Assembly: GCA_045577495.1 (NCBI GenBank)
Contig: JAZNIK010000028.1
Span: forward strand, 865-64,864
Length of the DNA stretch: 64,000 nucleotides
Origin: Acutalibacteraceae bacterium
GTDB lineage: Bacteria > Bacillota > Clostridia > Oscillospirales > Acutalibacteraceae
Direction: 5' to 3'
Shown piece by piece: positions 1 to 8,778 of the stretch. The stretch's first letter is position 1, and each line of letters opens with the position of its first letter. Under the pieces are notes generated by a model that did no database searches, was not told where the DNA came from, and saw only the letters and a program-made list of their open reading frames with translations. Both the position numbers and the translations under genes were made by a program.

Positions 1-3000
1 CATGCAAATTGGTCATATGAACCCTCATAACAAACAACTGGTTTTGATTTTGGATTATTCCAATAATTTTTAAGAAATTCCCAATATTCAGAAGTAACAC
101 CAAATATTTTATTACCATACCACGGGTCGCCGTCTAACTTAAAGCCTTGTAATTGTGCGGCATAAAGGTCGTAGTGCTCACTGTCATCAAATATTGATTC
201 AGCTCTTGCTGTTGAACCGTCATCAGTAGCAACAACTCCTGTAATACTTTCTTGATGGGCAGTATTTGGATGATTATAAGGGTCATATTCGGCAATATAT
301 TCCATTACATCATACCACGGATTATGAAGATTCTCATCAAACTGGCAGACAGTAGAATGTGTACAACCGTCTACTAAACCATCGCTGCCTTCTGTGCCAT
401 CGCTGTTGTTTATTAAATCTTTATTGTGATAATTGCCGTAGTTATCATCACATTCTTGCGCAGTTGTCCAAATAACAGGATAAGCGCTGTATCTTGCAAC
501 CCAATATCTGCAAAGCTTTTTCAGTTGCTCATCAGTAATTGTATTATGCCTGTATTCTTTTATAAGCTCCTCGGGATATGAGAATTGCGTGTTAGCGTGA
601 ACAAAACCAAGTTCAGCAATATAAGCGAAATATTTATCCAAGGTTTTAAACTTTTCAAGTATAAAATCATTTACACCATATGTGAAAATGTTGCCCTCGT
701 TGTCTGCCATCCAGCTATTGCCTTTATGACCACTACCAAAAATATCAAGCTGTTGTGATTGAATAACTGTAAAGCCTTGACTTGCGCGATAATCCATAAC
801 AAATTCAAATTGTGGTTTGGTTCCAAGTCCTGTGGTATCTTTGTCTAAGGCTGAATATTTTTCTTTTAATGCTGCCATCTCAGCATCAGTTAAAGCGCCG
901 TATGTGTAATTTGAACCTACATTTGTATACTCATTGCCTTTAGGGTCGGTAAGACTTTCCATTGGTAAACTCCAATGGGTATCGCCTAGATAGAAGAAAG
1001 GCTCACCGTTTGCGTAGGATAAATATCTGTTACCATCTTCAACAGTAAGAAAACCTTTTTTGTAAATATCCAAACTGCCCGAATATTCTACGCAGAACAA
1101 AGAACCGCTAATGTTATGTAGACCTTCATTTTCGGTATCGTCAGTGCAACTTGTTTTATATTCCCAAGTGCCCGGTTCAGTAAGAGCATAGCGTACCTTC
1201 CACTCTGTTCCGCCATTCCAAAAGGCAGGTACTTTTATTAAAGTGCCTGTATCTTGATTTGTGAAAGAAACATCAACCTCAACATCATAAACGGGATTTT
1301 CATATTCTGTTGTACTGTTGAAGGTGATTTCATTTGCAACATATGTTTGCTTTGCGGTAAAATGATCGCTTATAGTTTTGTTATTTTTATCTAATAAAGT
1401 ATTATTGTTTAATATCGTTTGAACGGCGCCATAATCATTAAAAAGTTGAGAACTTTCATCGGGAGGTGTGGTTTGGCTAGAAAATTCTTCAATTATTTTT
1501 CTCATCACAGTAAAAACAGAAGATGAATATTCGTTTTCATCATAAACATAGAAATCGTTATAACCGTCATTTAAAATCATATAGCAACGTGCTGTATAAG
1601 CATAAGCGTAAGCGGAAAAATCTACAGTTCCTGTAGACTTATTATATCCGATGTTATAAAGTACCGCAGATGCAATATTATCATCTGTAAGCTTATTTAT
1701 ATTATTATCTTTATCAAAAAATATGCCACATGATGGAGAACGACCAGAGTATGAAGTGTTGGCAACAAGTTCTTCATTATTTAGATAAACATTTTTTATC
1801 GCTAAAACACCAATTTGTTTTACGGTATATTGTTCTTGGACTTTTGTATAGTCAGAGCCCTCGGCTGTATCGAATTGATATTTAAATCTTAAACCTTGTT
1901 CGCCCTTACTTGTTGTGTTTCTTATTGCATTACCGATAAATTGCGTAAAATTTCCGGTTTTATTATTCCAATAGAAGTTATCACTAATAAATTGAACTAG
2001 CTCTTCAGCCATAACTTCATGCGCTGTATAGTAGGGGTGTTCGTTGCCGCCCGAATTGTCTTGTGTTAGTTCTAATGAATAATATCCGTTTTTACTTCCG
2101 CCTGCTTCATTTATTATTTGAACAATAGCATCATTAGCCCAATCGTGCATCATATTATAAATCCAAATGATTTTTGCGTTGGGGTTTTTTGCTCTTGCTA
2201 GGGTAAGCATATCTTTAAAGCCCTGAATAACATCTGCTTCTGTCAAACCATTGGCTTCATAAGTATCATAATCGTTGGTGCCTAAACCAATAACAATAAA
2301 ATTCGGTTGTTTTGCAAAATTATATTCAGTATCATCTTTTGAATAGCGTTGTTTTACATACATTTCTTGCATTGAACCAGTCTGGCCAACACTAGCGCCT
2401 ATACCACTACTTGCTACTAAAGAAAAGTCCATATTAAGTGCTTGAGCAGTAAGATAAGCAAAACCTTTGGTTGCATCCTGATAAATCGGTTTGTTGGCAA
2501 CAGAAGCATCAATGTCGCTATCTTTGGCAAGGTTACCGTATCCGGTTGTGATTGAATCACCAATAAACTCTATAAATAATTCGTTATCATTAGGCGGAGA
2601 GATTAAAACACCCTTAAGAGAAATTGAACTAACACCAACAGTGCCGCAAGATAATTCAGTTTGTCGATAGATTTTAAAATTATGATAGCCACTTGATAAA
2701 TCTTCTGCCAGAGTCATTTTTGTTATGCCTGTTTGTGTAACATGGCACATTGTTCTATCCTGTGTAATATCATCGACAATTACCGTAAAGTATATACCAC
2801 CAAGTTCATCTTCAATCAAATCAGAAACTTCAAAGGATATAGAAACGGTACCAGAGCAATATGCATTAAATTCCAGTCCGCTTGCACTATAATCCAGCAT
2901 TAGCGCATTATCGACGATGCTTGTTCTGCCCTGTGTTTTGTATTTACCTGTTAATTCGGATATGTTATATGTTTTTATAACTTCAAAGTCTGATGGGTCA

Positions 3001-3137
3001 ATATCAACATCACTTCCGCCATAATAATAATCAAGAACAGAGGCGTTGATATCAACATCGGCACCTTGTGAGCTAACATTAAAAATAAGCATAAATAACA
3101 TTATAAATACCATAAAAATGGAAACGATTTTTTTCAA
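1..3137 (-). CDS. Secreted multidomain carbohydrate-active enzyme with an intact N-terminus and the C-terminus cut by the window edge. Layout: signal peptide, CE2-like beta-sandwich plus SGNH/GDSL esterase, middle domain, then a DUF5060/DUF4038 (GH140-like) module
   Basis: Absent from the ORF track because there is no stop inside the window. My minus-strand translation from TTG 3137 stays open to position 1 (about 1045 codons). An in-frame TGA lies just upstream at 3146-3144, and GAGGTG at 3145-3150 gives a 7-nt spacer. Sequence begins MKKIVSIFMVFIMLFMLIFNVSSQGADV. SGNH blocks seen: FIEFIGDSITTGYGN, VIGLGTNDY, GGNEHPYY. Later segments: VPAFWNGGTEWKVRYALTEPGTWEYKT, GEPFFYLGDTHWSLP, YWVARYSAYPVIWTTAQE. 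Confidence 0.8.
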   Translation of the reverse strand, partial: MKKIVSIFMVFIMLFMLIFNVSSQGADVDINASVLDYYYGGSDVDIDPSDFEVIKTYNISELTGKYKTQGRTSIVDNALMLDYSASGLEFNAYCSGTVSISFEVSDLIEDELGGIYFTVIVDDITQDRTMCHVTQTGITKMTLAEDLSSGYHNFKIYRQTELSCGTVGVSSISLKGVLISPPNDNELFIEFIGDSITTGYGNLAKDSDIDASVANKPIYQDATKGFAYLTAQALNMDFSLVASSGIGASVGQTGSMQEMYVKQRYSKDDTEYNFAKQPNFIVIGLGTNDYDTYEANGLTEADVIQGFKDMLTLARAKNPNAKIIWIYNMMHDWANDAIVQIINEAGGSKNGYYSLELTQDNSGGNEHPYYTAHEVMAEELVQFISDNFYWNNKTGNFTQFIGNAIRNTTSKGEQGLRFKYQFDTAEGSDYTKVQEQYTVKQIGVLAIKNVYLNNEELVANTSYSGRSPSCGIFFDKDNNINKLTDDNIASAVLYNIGYNKSTGTVDFSAYAYAYTARCYMILNDGYNDFYVYDENEYSSSVFTVMRKIIEEFSSQTTPPDESSQLFNDYGAVQTILNNNTLLDKNNKTISDHFTAKQTYVANEITFNSTTEYENPVYDVEVDVSFTNQDTGTLIKVPAFWNGGTEWKVRYALTEPGTWEYKTSCTDDTENEGLHNISGSLFCVEYSGSLDIYKKGFLTVEDGNRYLSYANGEPFFYLGDTHWSLPMESLTDPKGNEYTNVGSNYTYGALTDAEMAALKEKYSALDKDTTGLGTKPQFEFVMDYRASQGFTVIQSQQLDIFGSGHKGNSWMADNEGNIFTYGVNDFILEKFKTLDKYFAYIAELGFVHANTQFSYPEELIKEYRHNTITDEQLKKLCRYWVARYSAYPVIWTTAQECDDNYGNYHNKDLINNSDGTEGSDGLVDGCTHSTVCQFDENLHNPWYDVMEYIAEYDPYNHPNTAHQESITGVVATDDGSTARAESIFDDSEHYDLYAAQLQGFKLDGDPWYGNKIFGVTSEYWEFLKNYWNNPKSKPVVCYEGSYDQFA

Positions 3138-3170
3138 AGCAAATCACCTCATAAAAGTTTAAAATCGATT

Positions 3171-3314
3171 TTATTCTCCAACATCTACGCCAGCATCTTC
3201 ATCAAATAGGTCTGATAATATATCTAAATTTAATTCTATTTTTTTAATTCCATCCATAATTTTAATATGTTTAATATTCACCATATCCAAACTAGGCTTT
3301 ATATATTCCCTCAT
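3171..3314 (-). CDS. Unannotated small ORF of 47 aa, an acidic peptide of unknown function, directly upstream of and co-oriented with the secreted CAZyme gene
   Basis: GGAGGG (3320-3325 on the minus strand), a 5-nt spacer, ATG at 3314, TAA at 3173-3171. Translation: MREYIKPSLDMVNIKHIKIMDGIKKIELNLDILSDLFDEDAGVDVGE. It falls below the 60-aa cutoff of the track. Confidence 0.45.
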   Translation of the reverse strand: MREYIKPSLDMVNIKHIKIMDGIKKIELNLDILSDLFDEDAGVDVGE

Positions 3315-3482
3315 AAAAACCCTCCAAAAAAATAGTTCATATGTTTTTTGAATAAAATTATTCTGTTTCTAATGTTTATTTTATCAATGGGTCTGGATTT
3401 ATTCAAGGTTGATTTCTATAAAAAAAAGGCTCTTTTCTCTCGTTTTGGTAATACATATTAATCTGATTTTAAGGTGTAAATT

Positions 3483-3526
3483 AAAAAAGCACTGCAGATT
3501 GTATACCGAAACTGCAGTACTTTTTG
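3483..3526 (-). terminator. Rho-independent terminator downstream of rbsK
   Basis: Stem ACTGCAG / CTGCAGT (3491-3497 / 3511-3517, extendable), flanked by an A-run at 3483-3488 and a T-run at 3521-3525. Read on the minus strand, the hairpin is followed by a U-run. Confidence 0.6.
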
Positions 3527-3538
3527 TTTATATAACTA

Positions 3539-4414
3539 TTATATTTGAACTTCATCGAGTGCTGGGATACAAGATGCAGCACCCATTCTTGAAACGGCTA
3601 TAGATGAGGCTTTAGAGGCAATTTTTAGTGCTTCTGCGGGTGTTTTGCCTACCACTATTGAACTTAAAAAGTAGCCTGTAAATGTATCACCGGCGGCAGT
3701 AGTATCAACTGCATTAACCTCAAAAATGGGTTGTTTAACTGTTTGATTGCAGTTTTTAAAAATGCTGCCATTTTTACCTAAGGTTAAAATCAGATTGCTA
3801 TCGGGATATTGTTTAGAAAAATTATCTATAATTTTATCGGGATTTTCACTCCCAAAAAGACATGCGCCTTCAATTTCGTTGCAGAACCACCATTTTACCT
3901 GTTTTAGTGGCAAATCTTTTATTTTTTCATTAAAGGGAGATGGATTAAAAGCAATTTGCAGTTTTTTGTGTTTTGCAATTTCAAAAATAATATCTAACGC
4001 GTTGGTTTCGTTTTGCAAAAGGATGATATCGCTTTCCTCAGCATCAGATAAAAATCCTTCAATATAATTTTTATTTAACATATGGTTTGTACCGGGAAAA
4101 AGCAGTATACAGTTTTGGCCGCTTCTATCTACTTGGATAATGGCGTGGCCACAACTACCATTAGTTTTTTTAATTCTGCTAATATCGACGTTGGCAGATG
4201 ATAAAGTATCTAATAAAAACTGTCCATTATCTCCAATATAGGCGCCGTGCAAAACCGTAGCACCCGCTTTAGCGGCAGCAATAGATTGGTTTAAGCCTTT
4301 TCCACCGGGAAAAACCTCCATTTTTTCAGAAGATAAAGTTTCACCAGCTGAAACAAAATGGTCAACCGAATAGACATAATCGATATTAAGAGAACCAAGA
4401 CTATAAATTTTCAT
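3539..4414 (-). CDS. rbsK: Ribokinase (PfkB family)
   Basis: Motifs GGKGLNQ and DTTAAGDTFTG, length about 291 aa. The likely start is ATG 4414 (MKIYSLGSLNIDY) with AAGGTG 6 nt upstream. The track start at 4423 is a GTG with no RBS. Confidence 0.85.
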   Translation of the reverse strand: MKIYSLGSLNIDYVYSVDHFVSAGETLSSEKMEVFPGGKGLNQSIAAAKAGATVLHGAYIGDNGQFLLDTLSSANVDISRIKKTNGSCGHAIIQVDRSGQNCILLFPGTNHMLNKNYIEGFLSDAEESDIILLQNETNALDIIFEIAKHKKLQIAFNPSPFNEKIKDLPLKQVKWWFCNEIEGACLFGSENPDKIIDNFSKQYPDSNLILTLGKNGSIFKNCNQTVKQPIFEVNAVDTTAAGDTFTGYFLSSIVVGKTPAEALKIASKASSIAVSRMGAASCIPALDEVQI

Positions 4415-4432
4415 AAAAATCACCTTTAATAA

Positions 4433-4472
4433 AAAAGTAGCAAGTTTTGTTTAGTAAAAAATTGCTACTTTT
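4433..4472 (-). terminator. Hairpin terminator/attenuator between the small membrane-protein gene and rbsK
   Basis: 11-bp stem AAAAGTAGCAA / TTGCTACTTTT (4433-4443 / 4462-4472). On the minus strand it is followed by TTTTTTATT. Confidence 0.5.
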
Positions 4473-4478
4473 AAAATG

Positions 4479-4715
4479 TTAATTCAATTCATCGTCTTTA
4501 GGAATAGTATCAATATCCTCTAACAAAGTTTGGTCGGTTTCGTCAACATCTTCATCAGTTACTGTAACAACTGTAGTAACAATTTTATTGTTTTTACGAT
4601 TTAATAAAATAGTCCAGATTAAGCATCCGATAACAATAACCGAGCAAACAACTATTAAAACAATGATAATAGGGGATAAACCAACATCACCCGTCATGGG
4701 ATTAGAAGTTAACAT
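4479..4715 (-). CDS. Small single-pass membrane protein with an acidic C-terminal tail (hypothetical)
   Basis: 78 aa with one hydrophobic segment (SPIIIVLIVVCSVIVIGCLIWTILL) and the tail DEDVDETDQTLLEDIDTIPKDDELN. GGAG lies 9 nt upstream of ATG 4715. Confidence 0.5.
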   Translation of the reverse strand: MLTSNPMTGDVGLSPIIIVLIVVCSVIVIGCLIWTILLNRKNNKIVTTVVTVTDEDVDETDQTLLEDIDTIPKDDELN

Positions 4716-4938
4716 AAAAAATACTCCTATTCATAATAAATACATTCATATTTTAAAGTATTATAGCATATTTTATTTATTTAGTCAATTTTATTTTGTA
4801 GTTTAAAAAATGCACAGATAAAGGAATGAATTTGTACGAAAACTTTATCGCAAGATAGTTTATTTTGTCGATAAATATTGTATTTTTTGTAGGAACCTCT
4901 AAATATCAAACAATTTACAAATTTTACCATTTTAACTA

Positions 4939-4967
4939 TTGCATTATTTTGGTATATATGGTAAAAT
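4939..4967 (+). promoter_or_regulatory. Sigma-A type promoter upstream of spo0A
   Basis: TTGCAT (4939-4944), 17-nt spacer, TAAAAT (4962-4967), with an extended -10 TG at 4959-4960. AAGGAG RBS at 4982-4987. Confidence 0.5.
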
Positions 4968-4997
4968 ATACCAAGAAAATGCAAGGAGAAAAATAAA

Positions 4998-5774
4998 ATG
5001 GATAAAAAATTAAAAATTGTTATTGCAGATGATTCAACTGAATTTGGTGTAAATTGCGCTAATATGTTGAAAACCTATGGTATGGAGGTAGCACTGTGTG
5101 AGAAGGACGGGCAAAAGCTTTTGCATCGAATCAAAATTTTAAAGCCTGATGTAGCTATTGCAGATGTGTTTATGCCCAATCTTGATATTTTAAGTCTTTT
5201 AAATGAAGTAAATGAACTTCCCAAAAATGAAAGACCGATGGTTTTAGCTATGTCATCGTTTGATAACCCAAGGCTTGAAAAAGAAACTCTTAACGCCGGC
5301 GCCGCCTATTATTTTATGAAACCCTTTGATATAAATATGATGGCGGAACGTATTATTCAACTTTCGGGTTGGAAAAACGAGAAACCTGTTTTGGTGGGTA
5401 AGGAAAATGCGATATCGGATGTTGATTTGGAAATGATGATAACCGAAATTATACATCAAATCGGGGTTCCCGCACATATTAAGGGCTACCATTATTTAAG
5501 AGAAGCAATCGTATTATCAATTAAGGATAGCGAAATTATAAATTCTGTTACAAAGCTTTTATATCCAACCGTTGCAAAGCGTTTTTCTACTACTTCATCA
5601 AGGGTTGAAAGAGCTATAAGACACGCAATTGAGGTTGCATGGGATAGAGGAGATGTGAATGTTTTAAATTCATATTTCGGCTATACCATACACGTTGGCA
5701 GGGGAAAACCAACTAATAGTGAATTTATTGCAATGATTGCCGATAAACTACGTTTGCGTTTAAAAATTGGTTAA
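4998..5774 (+). CDS. spo0A: Sporulation master response regulator Spo0A
   Basis: Receiver domain ([19 protein letters not shown]) plus the Spo0A-specific C-terminal domain: [36 protein letters not shown]. Confidence 0.95.
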   Translation: MDKKLKIVIADDSTEFGVNCANMLKTYGMEVALCEKDGQKLLHRIKILKPDVAIADVFMPNLDILSLLNEVNELPKNERPMVLAMSSFDNPRLEKETLNAGAAYYFMKPFDINMMAERIIQLSGWKNEKPVLVGKENAISDVDLEMMITEIIHQIGVPAHIKGYHYLREAIVLSIKDSEIINSVTKLLYPTVAKRFSTTSSRVERAIRHAIEVAWDRGDVNVLNSYFGYTIHVGRGKPTNSEFIAMIADKLRLRLKIG

Positions 5775-5777
5775 AAA

Positions 5778-5810
5778 AACAGGTCATTTCATTGATTGAA
5801 ATGACCTGTT
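5778..5810. terminator. Strong hairpin between the convergent spo0A and histidine-phosphatase genes
   Basis: 14-bp perfect stem AACAGGTCATTTCA / TGAAATGACCTGTT with a 5-nt loop. The U-run is present only when read on the minus strand (A-run 5773-5779), so it is a clear terminator for the minus-strand gene and a possible one for spo0A. Confidence 0.7.
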
Positions 5811-5815
5811 AAAAT

Positions 5816-6535
5816 TTATAACTTAATTGTGTTGTTATATTCAAAAGGTAGCCTGTCTGCATATATGTGAGAGAGGTCGGATAGTGATATGCAGCGGGGA
5901 ACAGTAATACCATTTTCAACATTTGCAAAATCAAGAATAGTTACGCTGGAATGAGAAATGTCAAAGCTACTCCAAAATAGATGCGGTGGTATGCCAAGCA
6001 AGTGAGAAAGCCAGGTAGTTCCAAAGCCTTGATGACAAAATACGGCAATTCTTTCGTTGTTAGGTTGTGTTATCTTATATATGCTACCATCACGCTTGTA
6101 TCCGTGCCTAGCTAAAAACTCATCTGATGCATCTGTAATCCGTTTGTATCCCGCTTTAAAATCATTAGAATAGTTTTTAAAAATGTCTGCCTCATACCAA
6201 TTTTCTGAGGTTAGATTAACCGTTTTATCGTTTTTAAGTTCTGTTTGATTATGGTGAAAAACCCAACCTTGTTTTCCGCTATCATATCGTGTAACAAAAA
6301 AATCTTTTGCGGCAAGACTTTCGCTTGTCCATTCTTCTGTGATAATTGGAATACCCAAAAGTTCGCTGGTTGGCATTGCAGTTTGTTGTGCACGAATTAG
6401 GGGAGATGCATAAATTTTATCAAGTCCGTGAAGCGCCAAACGTTTTGCAAGTGCTTTTGCCTGAAGATGTCCTTTGGGTGTTAACGAATCGGGATTGTAT
6501 ATTGGGTCACCATGTCGAATAATAAAAAGTAACAT
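5816..6535 (-). CDS. Histidine phosphatase family protein (phosphoglycerate-mutase-like)
   Basis: N-terminal MLLFIIRHGDP (RHG motif), 239 aa. Confidence 0.75.
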   Translation of the reverse strand: MLLFIIRHGDPIYNPDSLTPKGHLQAKALAKRLALHGLDKIYASPLIRAQQTAMPTSELLGIPIITEEWTSESLAAKDFFVTRYDSGKQGWVFHHNQTELKNDKTVNLTSENWYEADIFKNYSNDFKAGYKRITDASDEFLARHGYKRDGSIYKITQPNNERIAVFCHQGFGTTWLSHLLGIPPHLFWSSFDISHSSVTILDFANVENGITVPRCISLSDLSHIYADRLPFEYNNTIKL

Positions 6536-6540
6536 TTATG

Positions 6541-7530
6541 TTAGTTTCCTTTCTTTTTGTTAAGATTGGCTAGGGGATTTGCCTCAAAAGCCTCTTTAAC
6601 AGTTTCGTTAGAAACGTGTGTATATATTTGCGTTGTATTAAGATTTGCGTGACCTAAAACTTCTTTAAGCGCTCTTATATCAACGTGCCCCTTTTGATAC
6701 ATAAGGGTGGCGGCAGTATGCCTAAGCTTGTGTGTTGATAAGCCCTTGTTACTAAGCCCCGCCTTATCTAAAAATGTATAAACGATATGTTGAACGGTTT
6801 TGTTAGAAATTCGCCGTTTGTTACGGCTAATAAATAAAGCGTTTTTGTGTTGTAAGGGAATATTATCTGCAGGTCTTACGCGCAAATAATCTGCTATAGA
6901 GTCAATACAGGCGTTGTTTAGATAAATAATTCTTTCCTTATTACCTTTACCTGTTACGCGAAGTTGACCTTCGTTTGAAATATCACTGAGATTGATGCCG
7001 CATAATTCAGAAAGACGCAAACCGCAGTTTAAAAACAAGGTTAATATACAGTAGTCACGCTCTTTGTTTGCACCATCGACCGCATCTAAAAGATTTAAAC
7101 TATCCTCTAATGTCAGGTGCTTTGGTAAAGAACGCGTAGTTTTTGGTGCCTCTAAAAGCTCTGCGGGATTGTTTTCTAGTTGGCGGGTATTAGAGGCTAG
7201 ATATTTAAAATAAATTTTAAGCACCGAGCATTTTCTGGCTCTTGTGTTGGCTGAGTTACTAAGTTCATTTTTGCAAAACACCAAAAATGCATACAAATCT
7301 TGCAAGGTAACGGTCTTTAGTAAATCAATATCTACAGAAGAAATATTGATTTCTTTAAATTCTTTTGCATCGTTTGCCAAACCGCGTATCATCAGTAAAT
7401 ATCTAAAAAAGGTTCTAAGATCGCTATAATACTCATTTACAGAGTTTGAAGATTTGTTTTTTATAGTTTCGCTGTATATCAAAAAATCTTTCACAACGGC
7501 AGGCGCAGAAAGTAAAATTTCGTGCTTCAC
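6541..7530 (-). CDS. Tyrosine site-specific recombinase, XerC/XerD family
   Basis: C-terminal catalytic region HKLRHTAATLMYQ...LGHANLNTTQIYTHV, with an N-terminal SAM-like domain. GTG start preceded by AAAGGAGTGG. Confidence 0.85.
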   Translation of the reverse strand: MKHEILLSAPAVVKDFLIYSETIKNKSSNSVNEYYSDLRTFFRYLLMIRGLANDAKEFKEINISSVDIDLLKTVTLQDLYAFLVFCKNELSNSANTRARKCSVLKIYFKYLASNTRQLENNPAELLEAPKTTRSLPKHLTLEDSLNLLDAVDGANKERDYCILTLFLNCGLRLSELCGINLSDISNEGQLRVTGKGNKERIIYLNNACIDSIADYLRVRPADNIPLQHKNALFISRNKRRISNKTVQHIVYTFLDKAGLSNKGLSTHKLRHTAATLMYQKGHVDIRALKEVLGHANLNTTQIYTHVSNETVKEAFEANPLANLNKKKGN

Positions 7531-7631
7531 AAAACCACTCCTTTATGCCAATTATATTATAAAAAATTATTAACTTCAAGTTGTTTTGCTTTAAAGTGTT
7601 AAATTTTTTTCAAAAAAGTTAAATTTTGCTA

Positions 7632-7660
7632 TTGACAATGTGGGTGAGGTGTGTTATACT
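7632..7660 (+). promoter_or_regulatory. Near-consensus sigma-A promoter of the ABC transporter operon
   Basis: TTGACA (7632-7637), 17 nt, TATACT (7655-7660), with TG at 7652-7653. Confidence 0.65.
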
Positions 7661-7726
7661 CGCTTTATCACATAAAAGCGTTAAAGCGATACAGTGCTTT
7701 AATAATTTAGAAAAGAGGACATAATT

Positions 7727-8698
7727 ATGAAAAAAATCTTAACAATTATGCTTGCTGTATGTATGATATTTGTATGTACTGCTTGCGGCGGTGGAGAAAA
7801 CGCCAAAAATGATGATACTTTAAAAATTGGTATTGTTCAGCTTGTTGAGCACGTTGCGCTTGATGCAGCAACCGAGGGCTTCAAACAGGCAATTATCGAT
7901 GAACTTGGTGAAGACGCTGTTGAATTTGACTTCCAAAATGGTCAGAACGACCCCAACACCTGTTCTACCATTGCTAATCAGTTTGTATCAAACAAGGTTG
8001 ATTTGATTATGGCAAACGCAACACCTGCACTTCAGGCAGCAGCTGCTGCAACCGGCGACATTCCGATTCTTGGTACTTCTGTAACCGAATATGGTGTTGC
8101 TCTTGAAATCGAAGATTTTAGCGGTACTGTTGGTGGAAACATTTCCGGTACATCCGACCTTGCTCCACTTGATAAGCAAGCCGAAATGATTACAGATTGG
8201 TGTCCCAATGCTAAAACAGTTGGACTTATTTATTGCTCTAAGGAAGCTAATAGCCAGTATCAAGTAGATTTTGTTAAGAAGGAACTTGAAAAGAAAGGCC
8301 TTACTGCTACACTTTATCCCTTCGCCGATTCTAATGATTTAGCTCAAATCTGCACAACTGCTGCTGATAAGTGCGACGTTATCTATGTTCCTACCGACAA
8401 TACCGTTGCAGAAAACACTGGTATTATTGATAACATCTGCGGACCCAAGAAAGTTCCCGTAATCGCTGGCGAAGAAGGTATCTGTGCTGTTTGTGGTATT
8501 TCTACACTTTCTATCAGCTACTATGACCTTGGTTATACCACAGGTAAGATGGCTGTTAAGATTCTTAAAGATGGAGCAGATATTTCTACAATGCCCATCG
8601 AATACGCAGAAAAGCAGACTCCTAAATATAATAAGCAGATATGCGAAAATTTGGGAATCACACCTCTTGAAGGTTACACCGCTATCGAAGCAAACTAA
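7727..8698 (+). CDS. ABC transporter substrate-binding lipoprotein (ABC_sub_bind / COG2984-type)
   Basis: Lipoprotein signal MKKILTIMLAVCMIFVCTACGG, followed in the operon by permease and ATPase genes. Confidence 0.8.
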   Translation: MKKILTIMLAVCMIFVCTACGGGENAKNDDTLKIGIVQLVEHVALDAATEGFKQAIIDELGEDAVEFDFQNGQNDPNTCSTIANQFVSNKVDLIMANATPALQAAAAATGDIPILGTSVTEYGVALEIEDFSGTVGGNISGTSDLAPLDKQAEMITDWCPNAKTVGLIYCSKEANSQYQVDFVKKELEKKGLTATLYPFADSNDLAQICTTAADKCDVIYVPTDNTVAENTGIIDNICGPKKVPVIAGEEGICAVCGISTLSISYYDLGYTTGKMAVKILKDGADISTMPIEYAEKQTPKYNKQICENLGITPLEGYTAIEAN

Positions 8699-8710
8699 TT
8701 TATAACACTC

Positions 8711-8738
8711 AGCCGGAGAGTATAACATCTCTCCGGCT
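8711..8738 (+). promoter_or_regulatory. GC-rich intra-operon stem-loop between the binding-protein and permease genes
   Basis: 10-bp stem AGCCGGAGAG / CTCTCCGGCT with an 8-nt loop and no U-run. It fits a partial terminator or mRNA-stabilising hairpin. Confidence 0.5.
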
Positions 8739-8778
8739 ATCTCCCTATTATATTATTATCTAAACAAAGGTGAACTAA

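Noticed and set aside
3409-3603. The 64-aa plus-strand ORF in the rbsK downstream region
   Set aside because: It runs through the rbsK terminator hairpin and into the rbsK 3-prime end on the opposite strand. It has no RBS, and the peptide is hydrophobic and of low information content.
4866-4872. A Spo0A 0A box (TGTCGAT) upstream of spo0A, and a sigma-H-like AAAGGAAT element at 4822-4830
   Set aside because: There is only a single 6/7 match to TGNCGAA. The AGGA element has no properly spaced GAAT -10. Chance occurrence is likely in AT-rich DNA, so the evidence is insufficient to call.
6541-7530. The tyrosine recombinase as a marker of an integrated mobile element or genomic island
   Set aside because: It is flanked by housekeeping genes (spo0A, a phosphatase, an ABC transporter, uvrA). 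I see no flanking direct repeats, no tRNA target and no phage or conjugation genes. Its size and motifs fit a chromosomal XerC/XerD-type recombinase.
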